Source: Candidatus Krumholzibacteriia bacterium (lineage in GTDB: Bacteria; Krumholzibacteriota; Krumholzibacteriia; LZORAL124-64-63). Taken from it: a stretch of DNA of 64,000 nucleotides. Made by a program: the position numbers and the translations under genes. Position 1 is the first letter of the stretch. Each line of letters begins with the position of its first letter. The notes under the pieces were generated by a model. It was given only the letters and a program-made list of their open reading frames with translations, was not told the DNA's origin and did not search any database. The stretch spans positions 128,001 to 192,000 of the forward strand of contig JBFXKG010000001.1 in assembly GCA_050174015.1 (NCBI GenBank). Reading direction: 5' to 3'. Positions 37,156-47,272 of the stretch are shown here, piece after piece.

Positions 37156-38571
37156 TCACGTTTCGGGGGCCGCCTCGAACCGGCCGACCACGAGGAAGAC
37201 CACCAGGCTCAGCGGCAGGGCGAAACAGGCCGCGTCGAGGTCCCAGGGCAGGGACCAGCCCCCGATGATGAGCACCAGGGCCGTGGTGCCTCCGGCCAGC
37301 ATGGAGGCGATGGCGGCGGCGGGCCCTCCCCGGCGCAGGTAGAAGGCCCCCAGGGTGGGAATGAACAATCCCGAGACCATGAAGGCGTAGGCGTAGAGGA
37401 TGGCGTCGAGCACCGACTGGAAGCGGGAGGCCAGCAGGACGGCCGCGAGACCGACCAGGGCGGTGACCAGCATGGACAGCCGCATCTGGGCGCGGTCGCC
37501 GCTGGCCCAGGGCAGCAGCCGGGCGGCCAGGTCGTTGACGAAGTTGCCGGAGGACGCCATCAGGCAGCTGTCGGCCGTCGACATGATGGCCGAGAAGTAG
37601 GCGGCGATCACCAGGCCGGCCACCCCGGCGGGCAGCACGTCGGCGATGAGCAGGGGCAGTCCCATCTCGGGATCCACGTCGGGGAACAGCACGCGGCTGG
37701 CCATGCCCAGGATCACGCCGCTGAAGGCCATCAACGGGTACTCGAGCAGCCCGGCAAGGTACCAGGCCTTGCGCGCCTCGCGGACGTCCTTGCAGGCGTA
37801 GATGCGCTGGTACAGGGTCATGCCCACGAACCAGATGGGGATGATGGTGACCGCCCAGTTGACGATCAAGGTCGGCGAGATGTGGAAGGGATCGAAGTGC
37901 GCCGCCGGCAGGGCCTTTTTCATCGCTGCCCAGCCGCCCACGTCGTGAAGCCCCACGGGAATGGCGAGGAACAGGAGGCCGCCCAGCAGGATCATCCACT
38001 GGACCGTGTCGGTGTAGATGACGGCCTTCAGGCCGCCGACCACGGTGTAGCTGATGGTGATGCCCGCGATGGCGAAGAGGGCGAACTGCAGGGGGTCCAG
38101 CCCGAAGGGCGCGGTGCGGAACACCGTGGCCGAGGCCAGCTTGGCCCCGGCGAGGATCTGACCGCCTGTGAAGCCGAGGTAGCCGATGCCCGAGATCACC
38201 GCGGCGATCAGGGCGGTCCGGTCGCCGTAGCGCCAGCGGAGCAGGTCGGGAAAGGTGAACAGGGCGAGGTCGCGGTCGAGGCCCTTGACCCGGGGGATGA
38301 GGACCACGGCCGTCAGCCAGGCCCCCACCAGTCCGGTGAACAGGAGCCAGGCGCCGGACAGGCCCATGGCGAACCCCAGCCCGCCCAGCCCGATGGAGAA
38401 TCCTCCGCCCACGTCGGTGGCCACGACCGACATCCCCACGTGGGACCAGCCCATGCTGCGGCTGCCGACGTAGTAGTCGTCGAGGTTCTCGTTGCGGCGG
38501 AAATGGTAGACGCCGACGGCCATGACGCCGGCCAGGTAGACGATGAAGATGATGTTGTCGAGCAGGGTCAT
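37156..38571 (-). CDS. Sodium:solute symporter family protein
   Basis: [42 protein letters not shown] overlap with the upstream gene. Confidence 0.92.
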   Translation of the reverse strand: MTLLDNIIFIVYLAGVMAVGVYHFRRNENLDDYYVGSRSMGWSHVGMSVVATDVGGGFSIGLGGLGFAMGLSGAWLLFTGLVGAWLTAVVLIPRVKGLDRDLALFTFPDLLRWRYGDRTALIAAVISGIGYLGFTGGQILAGAKLASATVFRTAPFGLDPLQFALFAIAGITISYTVVGGLKAVIYTDTVQWMILLGGLLFLAIPVGLHDVGGWAAMKKALPAAHFDPFHISPTLIVNWAVTIIPIWFVGMTLYQRIYACKDVREARKAWYLAGLLEYPLMAFSGVILGMASRVLFPDVDPEMGLPLLIADVLPAGVAGLVIAAYFSAIMSTADSCLMASSGNFVNDLAARLLPWASGDRAQMRLSMLVTALVGLAAVLLASRFQSVLDAILYAYAFMVSGLFIPTLGAFYLRRGGPAAAIASMLAGGTTALVLIIGGWSLPWDLDAACFALPLSLVVFLVVGRFEAAPET

Positions 38572-39524
38572 CCGGCTGAGCCCGCTGCGGATTCGATGCC
38601 GGGATTCCTGCACCAGATGTTCATGGATTCCCAGCCGTTGGGCATGCGGCAGTTGTTGATCAGCCGCCCGGTCCAGCGGTAGCCCAGCTTCCCGAAGACG
38701 CAGTTCATGCCGACCTCGTCCGCGCGGGCCAGGGTGTAGAGGTCCGTGATGCCCAGGTCGCGCTTCACGTCGCGGGCCAGCCGGTGCAGCAGGTAGGCCA
38801 TGTGCCCGCTGCCCCGCTGGTCGGGTCGGGTGGCGCAGTCGGTCATCTCCGCCGAGGCGCGGGGGTGGTCGATCTCGGCCGACGCCGAGGCCACCACCGA
38901 TCCGGTCTCATCCACCATGAAGCGGAAGACATGGGTTCCCTCGGCGATCTGGTCCCGGATGATCTCCGGGGCGATGGGGGTGGGATAGTCGGCGAAGGTG
39001 GCGTCCATCAATTCGGCGATGGCGGGCGCATGCGGGGGATCGGCACGGTGGCAGAAGAATCCCGGGGCGGGTTCGGGCTGGATGGGATCCTTGGCCGCCG
39101 CGATCTGGACGATCCGATCGTGCTCCGCGTCCCGCGGAGCATCGCTGCGCTGTTCGTCGCCGAAGGCGGCCCAGATGTGGGCGTCGTCGCCGTCGGCGAA
39201 GAACCCCTGGATGATTCCTTCGTGGAGGTAGCCGGCCGTGACCCAGGACATCTCGTCGCCGGGCCGCGCGTAGACGGTCAGCTTGGTGTACAGGTCGGCG
39301 CAGGTGCGCAGGCCGTCCTTCCAGCCGCGCAGCTCGGGTTCCTTGGCCTCGTCGGCGGTCGGACCGTAGAGTTTAAGGCGCCGGTTGGGGACGTCCAGGA
39401 CCAGGTCGGCGGGTTCGCCGTCGCCGGGGGAGGCTTCCGACCTCCGGTGGCCCGCCAGGGGCAGGCTCGTGCCGCCCAGGTCCCCACCGAACAGGGATTC
39501 CAGCCGCCTACGGGCGTCATTCAT
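38568..39524 (-). CDS. ablB: Beta-lysine N6-acetyltransferase (GNAT)
   Basis: [31 protein letters not shown]...GMN, L.NNC...ESMNIW; directly downstream of a KamA gene; start set at 39524. Confidence 0.8.
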   Translation of the reverse strand: MNDARRRLESLFGGDLGGTSLPLAGHRRSEASPGDGEPADLVLDVPNRRLKLYGPTADEAKEPELRGWKDGLRTCADLYTKLTVYARPGDEMSWVTAGYLHEGIIQGFFADGDDAHIWAAFGDEQRSDAPRDAEHDRIVQIAAAKDPIQPEPAPGFFCHRADPPHAPAIAELMDATFADYPTPIAPEIIRDQIAEGTHVFRFMVDETGSVVASASAEIDHPRASAEMTDCATRPDQRGSGHMAYLLHRLARDVKRDLGITDLYTLARADEVGMNCVFGKLGYRWTGRLINNCRMPNGWESMNIWCRNPGIESAAGSAG

Positions 39525-39559
39525 GCGAACGGAATGGATGGCTTCATCCTTTCTGCAGC

Positions 39560-41041
39560 TCAGTCCTGGGCCGCCAGTTCCATGCCGCTGAGGCCCGAGG
39601 CCAGCAGGGCTTCCTTGATCATGCGATCGTGCTCGCGCGACTGCTCCCAGCGGGCGCGGCCTTCGGCCGGCAAAAGATCGATGGGGTCGAAGTAGAGGTA
39701 GACCCGGGAATCGTCCACGGCGGGACTGCGGTAGACGCTGATCCCGGTCGTCTCGTCGTAGTAGTCGAAGCTGTGCAGGTCCCGCTTGCCGCCGCCTCCG
39801 GGGACGTCGGTCACGAAGGTCGGGGTGTTGAATCCGGCGGTCGAGCCGCGGACCTGGCGTTCGATCTCCATGGAGTCCTCCAAACGCGTCCGCAGCTCCT
39901 CGACGCCCTTGACCATGTCGTGCTGGTAGACGTAGTAGGGCTGGACGTTCATGTAGGACAGCTGCTTGACCAGGCGCACCATCTCCTCGGCCGAATCGTT
40001 GACCCCGCGCACCAGAACGCTCTGGTTGCGCACCTTCACCCCGCGGCGGAACAGCAGATCCATGGCCTGCCGCGAGATGTCGGTGATCTCGTGCGTGCTG
40101 TTGAAGTGGGTGTGGACGCAGACCTCCTTGCAGAGCTCGCGCCCCTTGTCGACCATCTCGCAGAGGGCGTCGGTCCAGCGATGGTCGGTGAGGATCTTCA
40201 TGGGCATCACGGCCGGACCCTTGGTGGCGATCCTGATCCGCCGGATGTGGGGGATGGCCAGCAGGACCTCGAGGATCTCGCGCAGGCGGCGCGGGGGCAG
40301 CATGTAGGCGTCGCCGCCGGAGACCACGACGTCCTCGATCTCGGGCCGGGAGGCCAGGTAGGCGAAGGCCGCCTTCCACCGCTCGTCCTGGGGCTTGTAG
40401 CCCTCCTTGTCCACGGTGTCGGTGCTGCCGCCCACGGCGTAGCTCCGGGTGCAGTAGCGGCAGTAGACCGGACACACGTCCAGGGGCAGGAACAGGGCCT
40501 TGTCGGGGTAGCGGTGCACCAGGCCGGGGGTGGGGGAGTCCTCGGTCTCGTGCAGGCTGTCCAGGGACAGCCGGGGATGGTCCGGCCGCCGGGTGGAGGC
40601 CACCGGGAGGAACTGGATGCGGATGGGATCCGGGTAGGGGTCGTCCCAGTCGGCAAGGCTGAGCAGGTAGGGCGTCAACCGCAGGTTCATGGGGGCCTCG
40701 TGGAGGCCCTGCTCGATGTCGGCCAGGAAGTCCTCGCTGACCAGGCCGGTCAGCAGTTCGCGCACGTCCTTGGCGCTGGTGACCGTGTTGCGCATCTGGA
40801 AGGAGGCGCTCAGGAATTCCTCGCGGTCCACCCCGGCGTAAGCGGGGATGTGCTTCCAGAAGGGGGTCTCGTCGAAGTCCCGGTGTTCGAGGGACCCGGA
40901 CTCGACGGGATCCTTGTCCCCGACAGGAACCTCCACGTCGGCGAGATCCTCCAGTTCGGGGCTGCCCAGGACCTCGGGGGCCACGTCCTTGACGGTGGGA
41001 TTCCCCTCTTTCAGGCGGGGCTGGGAATTGCGCGGGGTCAT
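39560..41041 (-). CDS. kamA: KamA-family radical SAM enzyme (lysine 2,3-aminomutase, AblA role by context)
   Basis: HRYPDK, CPVYCRYC, SGGD, HTHFN, NQSVLVRGVND, PYYVYQHDMV, PGGGGK (PLP lysine). Confidence 0.88.
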   Translation of the reverse strand: MTPRNSQPRLKEGNPTVKDVAPEVLGSPELEDLADVEVPVGDKDPVESGSLEHRDFDETPFWKHIPAYAGVDREEFLSASFQMRNTVTSAKDVRELLTGLVSEDFLADIEQGLHEAPMNLRLTPYLLSLADWDDPYPDPIRIQFLPVASTRRPDHPRLSLDSLHETEDSPTPGLVHRYPDKALFLPLDVCPVYCRYCTRSYAVGGSTDTVDKEGYKPQDERWKAAFAYLASRPEIEDVVVSGGDAYMLPPRRLREILEVLLAIPHIRRIRIATKGPAVMPMKILTDHRWTDALCEMVDKGRELCKEVCVHTHFNSTHEITDISRQAMDLLFRRGVKVRNQSVLVRGVNDSAEEMVRLVKQLSYMNVQPYYVYQHDMVKGVEELRTRLEDSMEIERQVRGSTAGFNTPTFVTDVPGGGGKRDLHSFDYYDETTGISVYRSPAVDDSRVYLYFDPIDLLPAEGRARWEQSREHDRMIKEALLASGLSGMELAAQD

Positions 41042-41583
41042 GATCTCTTCCCTTCGGGATGCGCCGGGGCGGGGGCCGGGTGTTCGGCCGCAGCCGTCTG
41101 CGCTTCGATGATGGGCCCTGCTTCGAGCAGGGGGGCCACCTGCTGCTGGCCCATTTCCAGCAGGTCGACGATGGTTTCCAGGGACTGGGCGATGACCAGT
41201 TGCTCACGCTCGGGCAGGCGACGCAGGCCCTGGGCCAGGCGGTCCTGCAGGAGGCCGGGCGCCTCGGCCAGGAACTTCTCGCCGGCCGGGGTGATGTCCA
41301 CCAGGACGACCCGGCGGTCCCCGCTGCCGCGCTGACGCACGATCCATTCCTTCTGTTCGAGCCTGTCCAGGATGCCCACCACCGTGCTGTTGCTCAGGTG
41401 GATCAGCTTGGCCAGGGCCGAGGTGGTCAGGGGTCCGTCGTCGTGCAGGGTCTGCAGGCAGAGCAGCTGGGGACCGGTCACCATGAACTCGGCCGACAGC
41501 TTGCGGGAATGGATGTCCACCGCCCGCATGATCCGCCGCAACGAGCGGAAGATCCACAGATCGAAGGAACTGGATTCGGACAT
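41038..41583 (-). CDS. MarR family regulator, EctR-like
   Basis: SLRRIMRAVDIHSRKL, LSNSTVVGILDRLE, DRRVVLV; ATGA overlap with kamA. Confidence 0.88.
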   Translation of the reverse strand: MSESSSFDLWIFRSLRRIMRAVDIHSRKLSAEFMVTGPQLLCLQTLHDDGPLTTSALAKLIHLSNSTVVGILDRLEQKEWIVRQRGSGDRRVVLVDITPAGEKFLAEAPGLLQDRLAQGLRRLPEREQLVIAQSLETIVDLLEMGQQQVAPLLEAGPIIEAQTAAAEHPAPAPAHPEGKRS

Positions 41584-41626
41584 GGCGGCCCATTCCCTTT
41601 CAGGTGAAACCATTTGTCTAAGAATA

Positions 41627-41666
41627 TTTCGTGTAGAAACTAAAATAAGAAAGGGAAGAGTGTCAA
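41627..41666 (-). promoter_or_regulatory. Sigma70 promoter overlapped by an imperfect palindrome (MarR operator candidate)
   Basis: Minus strand TTGACA(41666-41661)-N18-TAGTTT(41642-41637); dyad TTTCGTGTAGAAACTAAA at 41627-41644. Confidence 0.6.
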
Positions 41667-41715
41667 GGGTGATTTTTCTCGTGGTTTATGTAAGCTTATG
41701 GGAGGAAACAAGATG

Positions 41716-42573
41716 TTACAGGTTGCGCGCGCCCAGGTTGGCCCCCAGCACTTCCTGGGGGGAGTAGATGGTCACGAAGGCCTCGGGATCGGCCTCGTTG
41801 ATGCGCCGCTTCAGGCGGGCCACCTCGGACCGGGTGACCACGATGTAGAGGATGGAGCGGGATCGGCCTGTATACCCACCCCGGCCCCGCATGAGGGTGA
41901 CGCCCCGGCGCAGGTGGCGGGTGACGGCCTCGGTGATGGCCTCGGGTCGCTCGGTGATGACCAGCGCCGACCGGGTGGCGACCAGGCCGTGCAGCACCGA
42001 GTCGAGGCTCTTGGTCATCACGAACGAGACCATGAGGGCGACCGCCGCGGGTTCCAGGCCGTAGATGAGGGCGGCCAGGCCGAAGACCAGGACGTTCACC
42101 GCGAGCATGGTCCTGCCGAGGCCCGTCTCGAACCAGAGGTGGATCAGGCGGGAGAGGATGTCGGTGCCGCCGGTCGTGCCCCTGCCGTGGAAGACCAGGG
42201 CCAGGCCGATGCCGCTGAACAGGCCGCCGTAGAAGATGATCAGCAGACGGTCCTCGGTCAGGGGACCGATGCTGGCCGAGACCAGGTCGATGCTCAGGGC
42301 CGTGACCAGGACCCCGATGAGGGTGCGGATCAGCATGGTGCGCCCGCCGAGGTACTTCCAGCCGAAGTACAGCAAGGGCAGGTTGAGCACGATCAGGACC
42401 GAGCCGTAGGGTACCCCGAGCTGGTCCTTGATGATCATGGCGAGCCCGGTGATCCCTCCGGGCACGACGTGGTTGGGTTCGAGCAGCAGGCCGATGGCGC
42501 CGCCGCAGATGGTCGCGCCGAGGATGATCGCCGCGTAATCCCACCACCAGCGCCAGTTCTTCCAGGACGTCAT
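41716..42573 (-). CDS. YitT family membrane protein
   Basis: PGGITGLA, LNLPL, TTGGTD, RGVT...GGYTG, DPEAFV. Confidence 0.9.
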   Translation of the reverse strand: MTSWKNWRWWWDYAAIILGATICGGAIGLLLEPNHVVPGGITGLAMIIKDQLGVPYGSVLIVLNLPLLYFGWKYLGGRTMLIRTLIGVLVTALSIDLVSASIGPLTEDRLLIIFYGGLFSGIGLALVFHGRGTTGGTDILSRLIHLWFETGLGRTMLAVNVLVFGLAALIYGLEPAAVALMVSFVMTKSLDSVLHGLVATRSALVITERPEAITEAVTRHLRRGVTLMRGRGGYTGRSRSILYIVVTRSEVARLKRRINEADPEAFVTIYSPQEVLGANLGARNL

Positions 42574-42676
42574 GGTCGAGACTTTCGATTCGTGTTCACG
42601 CCGCCACCTGCTAACATACCCCATCATCCGGGGCGGTCAAACCGCCAACCGGCCCCGGCTGGGAAAGGAACCGTTC

Positions 42677-43102
42677 ATGACGCTGAAGAAATCGATCCTG
42701 CCGGCCGTGCTGGCCGTCATCGTGGTGATGCAGCTCATCCCCCTGGGCAGGGACAATCCTCCGGTCATCGCGGACTTCGACGGGCCGCCGGAGGTGCGAG
42801 CCGTGCTGGCCCGATCCTGCTTCGACTGCCACTCCCACGAAACGAAGTGGCCCTGGTACAGCTACGTGGCCCCGGTGTCCTACCTGGTGGTCCACGACGT
42901 CAAGGAGGGCCGCGAGCACCTGAACTTCTCGGACTGGAAGGGCGGACCGAAGGTGGCCGGGGAGATCCTGGACGAAGTGGCCACCGGCGAGATGCCCCTG
43001 GGCATCTACCTGCCCCTGCACCCGGAGGCCCGCCTGACCGGGGCCGATCTCAACGTCCTGCAGGGCTATTTCGGAAAGGGCGAAGGCCAACAGGGCGACT
43101 GA
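42677..43102 (+). CDS. Heme-binding domain protein (monoheme cytochrome c)
   Basis: SCFDCHSHETKWPWYSYVAP, EGREHLNFSDW, EMP; N-terminal signal/TM. Confidence 0.88.
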   Translation: MTLKKSILPAVLAVIVVMQLIPLGRDNPPVIADFDGPPEVRAVLARSCFDCHSHETKWPWYSYVAPVSYLVVHDVKEGREHLNFSDWKGGPKVAGEILDEVATGEMPLGIYLPLHPEARLTGADLNVLQGYFGKGEGQQGD

Positions 43103-43116
43103 CGACGCCTGGGCCA

Positions 43117-43143
43117 TGCAACCTCCCGGACCGGGCGTGCGTA
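43117..43143 (+). promoter_or_regulatory. Possible ECF-type promoter
   Basis: TGCAAC-N17-CGTA upstream of the DUF4097 gene. Confidence 0.25.
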
Positions 43144-43190
43144 TGCTTGCGGCGAACGATGCCCGAGTTCTCGATCCGGGAGGAACGCCC

Positions 43191-44348
43191 ATGACGAAGC
43201 TGGATTTGATGCGATCGGCGCGCCGCGCCGGCCTGGTGCTGGTGTTGCTGGCCGGCGTGGGGACGGGGTCGGTTCTGGCCCAGGACTACTCCTTCGATTC
43301 CGACGAACTCACCGTCCACAACATGATCGGGCGCGTGGTGGTGACCCAGGCCGAGGGCGACCGCTTCGAAGTCCGCGTGGACGTGCGCGGCGAGGACGCG
43401 GGGCAGGGCCTCGTGGAAATGGTGACCGAGGAGGGGCGCAAGGCCCGCCTGGCCGTCAAATTCCCCATCGACCAGGAAGACGACTACGTCTATCCCGAGC
43501 TGGGTCGGAACTCCAAGACCACCATCACCTACGAGGACCAGGGGGACCACGGCGGCTCCTGGTTGAAGAAGGTCTTCGCCGGAATGACGGGCAAGCGCGT
43601 GACCGTGCGCGGCCACGGCCGCGGCCTGGAAGTCTGGGCCGACATCACCGTCGCCGTGCCCCGGGGGGCCTTCCTGACGATCGAGAACCGCGTAGGCGCA
43701 GTCTCCGCCGCGGATGTGGAAGCCGATCTTGTCCTGGACACCGGCAGCGGGTCGGTCGAGGCCGCGAACATCACCGGCGACCTGGTGGCCGACACCGGCA
43801 GCGGTCCGGTGACCCTCACGGGGGTCCGGGGCGAGGTCCTGGCCGACACCGGCAGCGGGTCGGTGGAGATCCGCGACGCCGTGGGAGACGAAATCAAGGC
43901 GGATACCGGCAGCGGGTCGGTGTTCGTGGAGGGCCTTGAGGCCGCGACCGTCCTGATCGACACCGGCAGCGGCAGCGTGCAGGCCGACCAGGTCGTCTGC
44001 CGGAAGCTCACCATCGACACCGGCAGCGGCGGCGTGAAGGCCCGGGGGATCGAAGCGGAGGCGGCCCTGATCGACACCGGCAGCGGTTCGGTGGTCCTGC
44101 AGCTCGACCGCATGGGCGAGGGAGAGTACAAGATCGACACGGGCAGCGGCAGCATCGATCTGGTCCTGCCCGGGGACGCCTCGGCCCGGATCACCGCCGA
44201 CACCAGCAGCGGCGGCGTCCACAACGAGTTCGAGGGCGCCGAGATCGGGCACCTGGACCGGGACGAGATGGAGCTGGTGGTCGGAGGCGGCGAGGCCCGC
44301 GTCATTCTCGATGCCGGAAGCGGATCCATCACCGTCAGCAAGCGCTAG
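43191..44348 (+). CDS. DUF4097 family beta-strand repeat protein (exported)
   Basis: Signal peptide; eight DTGSG repeats plus two variants. Confidence 0.85.
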   Translation: MTKLDLMRSARRAGLVLVLLAGVGTGSVLAQDYSFDSDELTVHNMIGRVVVTQAEGDRFEVRVDVRGEDAGQGLVEMVTEEGRKARLAVKFPIDQEDDYVYPELGRNSKTTITYEDQGDHGGSWLKKVFAGMTGKRVTVRGHGRGLEVWADITVAVPRGAFLTIENRVGAVSAADVEADLVLDTGSGSVEAANITGDLVADTGSGPVTLTGVRGEVLADTGSGSVEIRDAVGDEIKADTGSGSVFVEGLEAATVLIDTGSGSVQADQVVCRKLTIDTGSGGVKARGIEAEAALIDTGSGSVVLQLDRMGEGEYKIDTGSGSIDLVLPGDASARITADTSSGGVHNEFEGAEIGHLDRDEMELVVGGGEARVILDAGSGSITVSKR

Positions 44349-45130
44349 CGCAGGCCCAGCACCTCGATCTGGTAGTTCGGCAGCCCCCGCTTGAAAGGCG
44401 CGCCTGAGGCGTCGCAGCTGGCCAGGTGCTTCAGGCGGGAGCCGTCGAGCAGGCGGCGCCACTGGCGGCGATCGTAGCAGCGCAGATCGTAGCGGTCGTC
44501 GCGGTGCTCCTCGCCGGCGGGTCGGGTGATCGTCAGGTGACTGATCACCGTCTCGATGCGCGCCCGTGCCCCGCCGGGTTCGGGCGGCAGGTAGTTCACC
44601 AGCTGGCTGACCCGGCAGCGTCCCCGCGCCCCCTCCCACAGATCCTCTTCCTCTTCCAGCCGGTGGTAGTCGGTGAGGCTGATCCCCACGGCGTAGATCC
44701 CCCGGGGGGCCAGCAGCCAGGCGATCTGGGCCAGGTGGGCCAGGACGGCGGCGTCCGAATCCAGCAGCCGGATGGTGTTGACGGGGTTGAAGGCGAAGTC
44801 CACCGAGCCCGGACGCACGCCGGGGGGCATGGGATCGGTCATGGAGGCGACCCTGACCGCGGAACCCAGGCGGCGGGCGGCGAAGGCCGCCATGCCGGGA
44901 TCCAGGTCGTAGCCGCCGACGGCGCGGCCCCGGGACCGGGCCACCCGCAGGTAGCGGCCGGTGCCGCAGGCCGGCTCGTACCACAGGCGGTCCGGCGAAT
45001 CGGCGGACGGCAGGAAGCGGGCCTCGATGCGCTCGAAGGCGTCCACCTCGGCGGCGGTGCCGGGGCTCTGCAGGATGTCGTAGACGACGGGGTCGGCGTA
45101 GATCCCGCCCGCTGGCCTGTGCGCGCTCAT
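44345..45130 (-). CDS. Class I SAM-dependent methyltransferase
   Basis: YEPACGTGR motif I; GYDLDPGM. Confidence 0.85.
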   Translation of the reverse strand: MSAHRPAGGIYADPVVYDILQSPGTAAEVDAFERIEARFLPSADSPDRLWYEPACGTGRYLRVARSRGRAVGGYDLDPGMAAFAARRLGSAVRVASMTDPMPPGVRPGSVDFAFNPVNTIRLLDSDAAVLAHLAQIAWLLAPRGIYAVGISLTDYHRLEEEEDLWEGARGRCRVSQLVNYLPPEPGGARARIETVISHLTITRPAGEEHRDDRYDLRCYDRRQWRRLLDGSRLKHLASCDASGAPFKRGLPNYQIEVLGLR

Positions 45131-45131
45131 G

Positions 45132-46583
45132 CTAGGTGTATCCGATCACGACGGCGAGGATCAGGAACGCCGCCGAAAGTGCCATCAGTTGCAGGAAGAG
45201 CGGGACCATGAACCGCAGCCAGGCGCCGTAGGGGACCTTGGCCAGCGAGAGCATGGCCATGAGGATGCCGCTGGTGGGGATGATCGTGTTGCTGAACCCG
45301 TCCCCGCAGGTGAACGCCAGCACCGCGGTCTGGCGGGTGATGCCCAGCAGGTCGGCCAGGGGAGCCATCAACGGGACGGTGACCGCGGCCTGTCCCGAGC
45401 CCGAGGGCACCAGCACGTTCAAGGTCGATTCGAACGCGAGCATCCCCAGGACGGCGACGTGCCTCGGCACGGTCTGCAGCACGGTGGCGGCCCCGTGCAC
45501 GATGGTGTCCATGATCTGGCCGTCCGTCAGCACCACGCTGATGCCGCGGGCGAAACCCACCACCAGGGCGGCCACGACCATCTCCTCCATGCCCTTGACG
45601 AACGCCTTGACCCCCTCGTCCAGGGGCAGGCGCGCCAGGAACATGGCCACGATCCCCATGAGGAAGAACCCGCCGGCCATGTCGGCCATCCACCAGCCGT
45701 AGCGCTGGACCGCATAGAGGATGAACAGGAACAGCAGCCCGCACACCACGATGATGGCGGTGTGGTGGTGGCCGTAGTCGTCGGCCCCCGCGTGCTCGCC
45801 CTCGAGTTCGAAGGGATCGCCGGCCATCAGGGACCGGGAGGGATCCCGGCGGATGCGGGCCCCGTAGCGCAGGACGTAGACCAGGGCCACCAGGAGGGCG
45901 CAGAAGAAGAACGCGATCCGCAAGGTGAGGCCGCTGCTCAGGGGGATCTCGGCGATGCCCTGGGCCACGTTGACCGTGAAGGGGTTGGTGGTGGAGGCGG
46001 CGAAGCCCACGGCTGCGGCCACGTAGACCAGGGCCATGGCGTAGATGCGGTCGTAGCCCAGGCGCTTGCTCACGAACAGGAAGACCGGGACCAGGGGGAT
46101 GAACTCCTCGCCCATGCCCAGGGTCGATCCGCCGGCCGCCATGAGGGTCATCAGCACGACGGTCAGCAGGGGTCCGCGGTCGCCCAGACGGGCGAGCATC
46201 CGGCCCAGGGAAGCGGTGATCACTCCGGTGCGCTGGAGGATCCCGAAGGCTCCCCCGATGATGAAGATGAAGAAGATGATGTCGGCGGCCTGCTCCATCC
46301 CGCGGGGGATGGCGGTCAGGAAGCCCTGCAGGCCCACGGGGGCGGCCTTGCCGTCGGGCGCCTCGCCGCCCCCCAGCAGCACGCCCTCCAGGGAGAGATC
46401 CTTGTCCAGGTGCCGGAACGTGCCGGGCACCAGCAGAGTGCGCTCGTGTCCCTGGACGTCCCTGGTGACCCGGTCGAACCGGCCGGAAGGGATGATCCAG
46501 GTGGCGGCGGCGCACAGGGCGATGACCAATGTCAGCAGCACGAAGACGTGGGGCACCTTGAAGCGGGGGCGGGTCCGGGTCAC
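45132..46583 (-). CDS. YfcC/DcuC-like membrane transporter
   Basis: VPHVFVLL, GMGEEFIP, STTNPFTV..AQ, PSGSGQA, GDGFSNTIIPTSG. Confidence 0.9.
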   Translation of the reverse strand: MTRTRPRFKVPHVFVLLTLVIALCAAATWIIPSGRFDRVTRDVQGHERTLLVPGTFRHLDKDLSLEGVLLGGGEAPDGKAAPVGLQGFLTAIPRGMEQAADIIFFIFIIGGAFGILQRTGVITASLGRMLARLGDRGPLLTVVLMTLMAAGGSTLGMGEEFIPLVPVFLFVSKRLGYDRIYAMALVYVAAAVGFAASTTNPFTVNVAQGIAEIPLSSGLTLRIAFFFCALLVALVYVLRYGARIRRDPSRSLMAGDPFELEGEHAGADDYGHHHTAIIVVCGLLFLFILYAVQRYGWWMADMAGGFFLMGIVAMFLARLPLDEGVKAFVKGMEEMVVAALVVGFARGISVVLTDGQIMDTIVHGAATVLQTVPRHVAVLGMLAFESTLNVLVPSGSGQAAVTVPLMAPLADLLGITRQTAVLAFTCGDGFSNTIIPTSGILMAMLSLAKVPYGAWLRFMVPLFLQLMALSAAFLILAVVIGYT

Positions 46584-46596
46584 TGGGGGCTCCTCG

Positions 46597-47100
46597 TCAT
46601 TCCGGGGGGGCGAAGGTCGAGACGTTGGCGGTCTTCTGCCACCGGCCCCGGACCTTCCTGTAGGTCATGATGCCCGCATAGACGGAGGATTCGGCGCTGC
46701 GGCCACCTGCGCCGTCAGGTTCCAGACGTTCGATGCGCATCCGGGAGATGACCCACCCCATCGTACCGTCGTCCGAGACCTCGGCGTGGGGGACCTGGAG
46801 GTCCTCGTAGACCAGGTACTCGGCCCCGGCGAAGACCTCCCGGAAGCGGGCGGCCAGCTCGTCCTTCGTTCGCACGGTCACGGCGCCGTCGCGGACCATG
46901 CGCAGGTCGGGTCCGACGGTGCGCAGCAAGCCCTCGACGTCCCGATCCTTGTGGGCCCGGATGTCGGCCAGGTGGACCTGGAGCAGCTCGATCTTCTCCT
47001 GGTCCAGGTCGGGTGGCTCCTCGCAGCAGCCGGCAAGCACGATCGCCGTGAGGACGGCGGCCAGCAGCGGTGTGACGGTCGGTCCGGGTCTTCGGTTCAT
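46597..47100 (-). CDS. NTF2-like/DUF4440 lipoprotein
   Basis: Lipobox LAGC; AH...DVEGL; VSDDGTMGWV; YRKVRGRW. Confidence 0.7.
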   Translation of the reverse strand: MNRRPGPTVTPLLAAVLTAIVLAGCCEEPPDLDQEKIELLQVHLADIRAHKDRDVEGLLRTVGPDLRMVRDGAVTVRTKDELAARFREVFAGAEYLVYEDLQVPHAEVSDDGTMGWVISRMRIERLEPDGAGGRSAESSVYAGIMTYRKVRGRWQKTANVSTFAPPE

Positions 47101-47272
47101 GTCCTCGCTCCCTGGTGGGACAACATCCTGAATCCACCTTGCCCCGCGCGCGGAAGAAGTGCAACAATCTTTGCGCCCTTGCGAATGATACACCGTTTTT
47201 GCCGACCGCGGAGGATGGGTTCGTCCCGTCCCGCCGCAGGCTTCCTTTTGCCCGACCCAGGGAGGTTTCCCC

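Noticed and set aside
38568..41207. 879-aa ORF suggesting a large fusion ending in AblB
   Set aside because: The N-terminal ~560 codons are an off-frame overlay of kamA. Only 39524-38568 is protein-like.
43730..44210. Regularly spaced GACACCGGCAGCGG repeats resembling a CRISPR array
   Set aside because: In-frame coding repeats (DTGSG) of a DUF4097 protein, too short for CRISPR repeats, and no cas genes.
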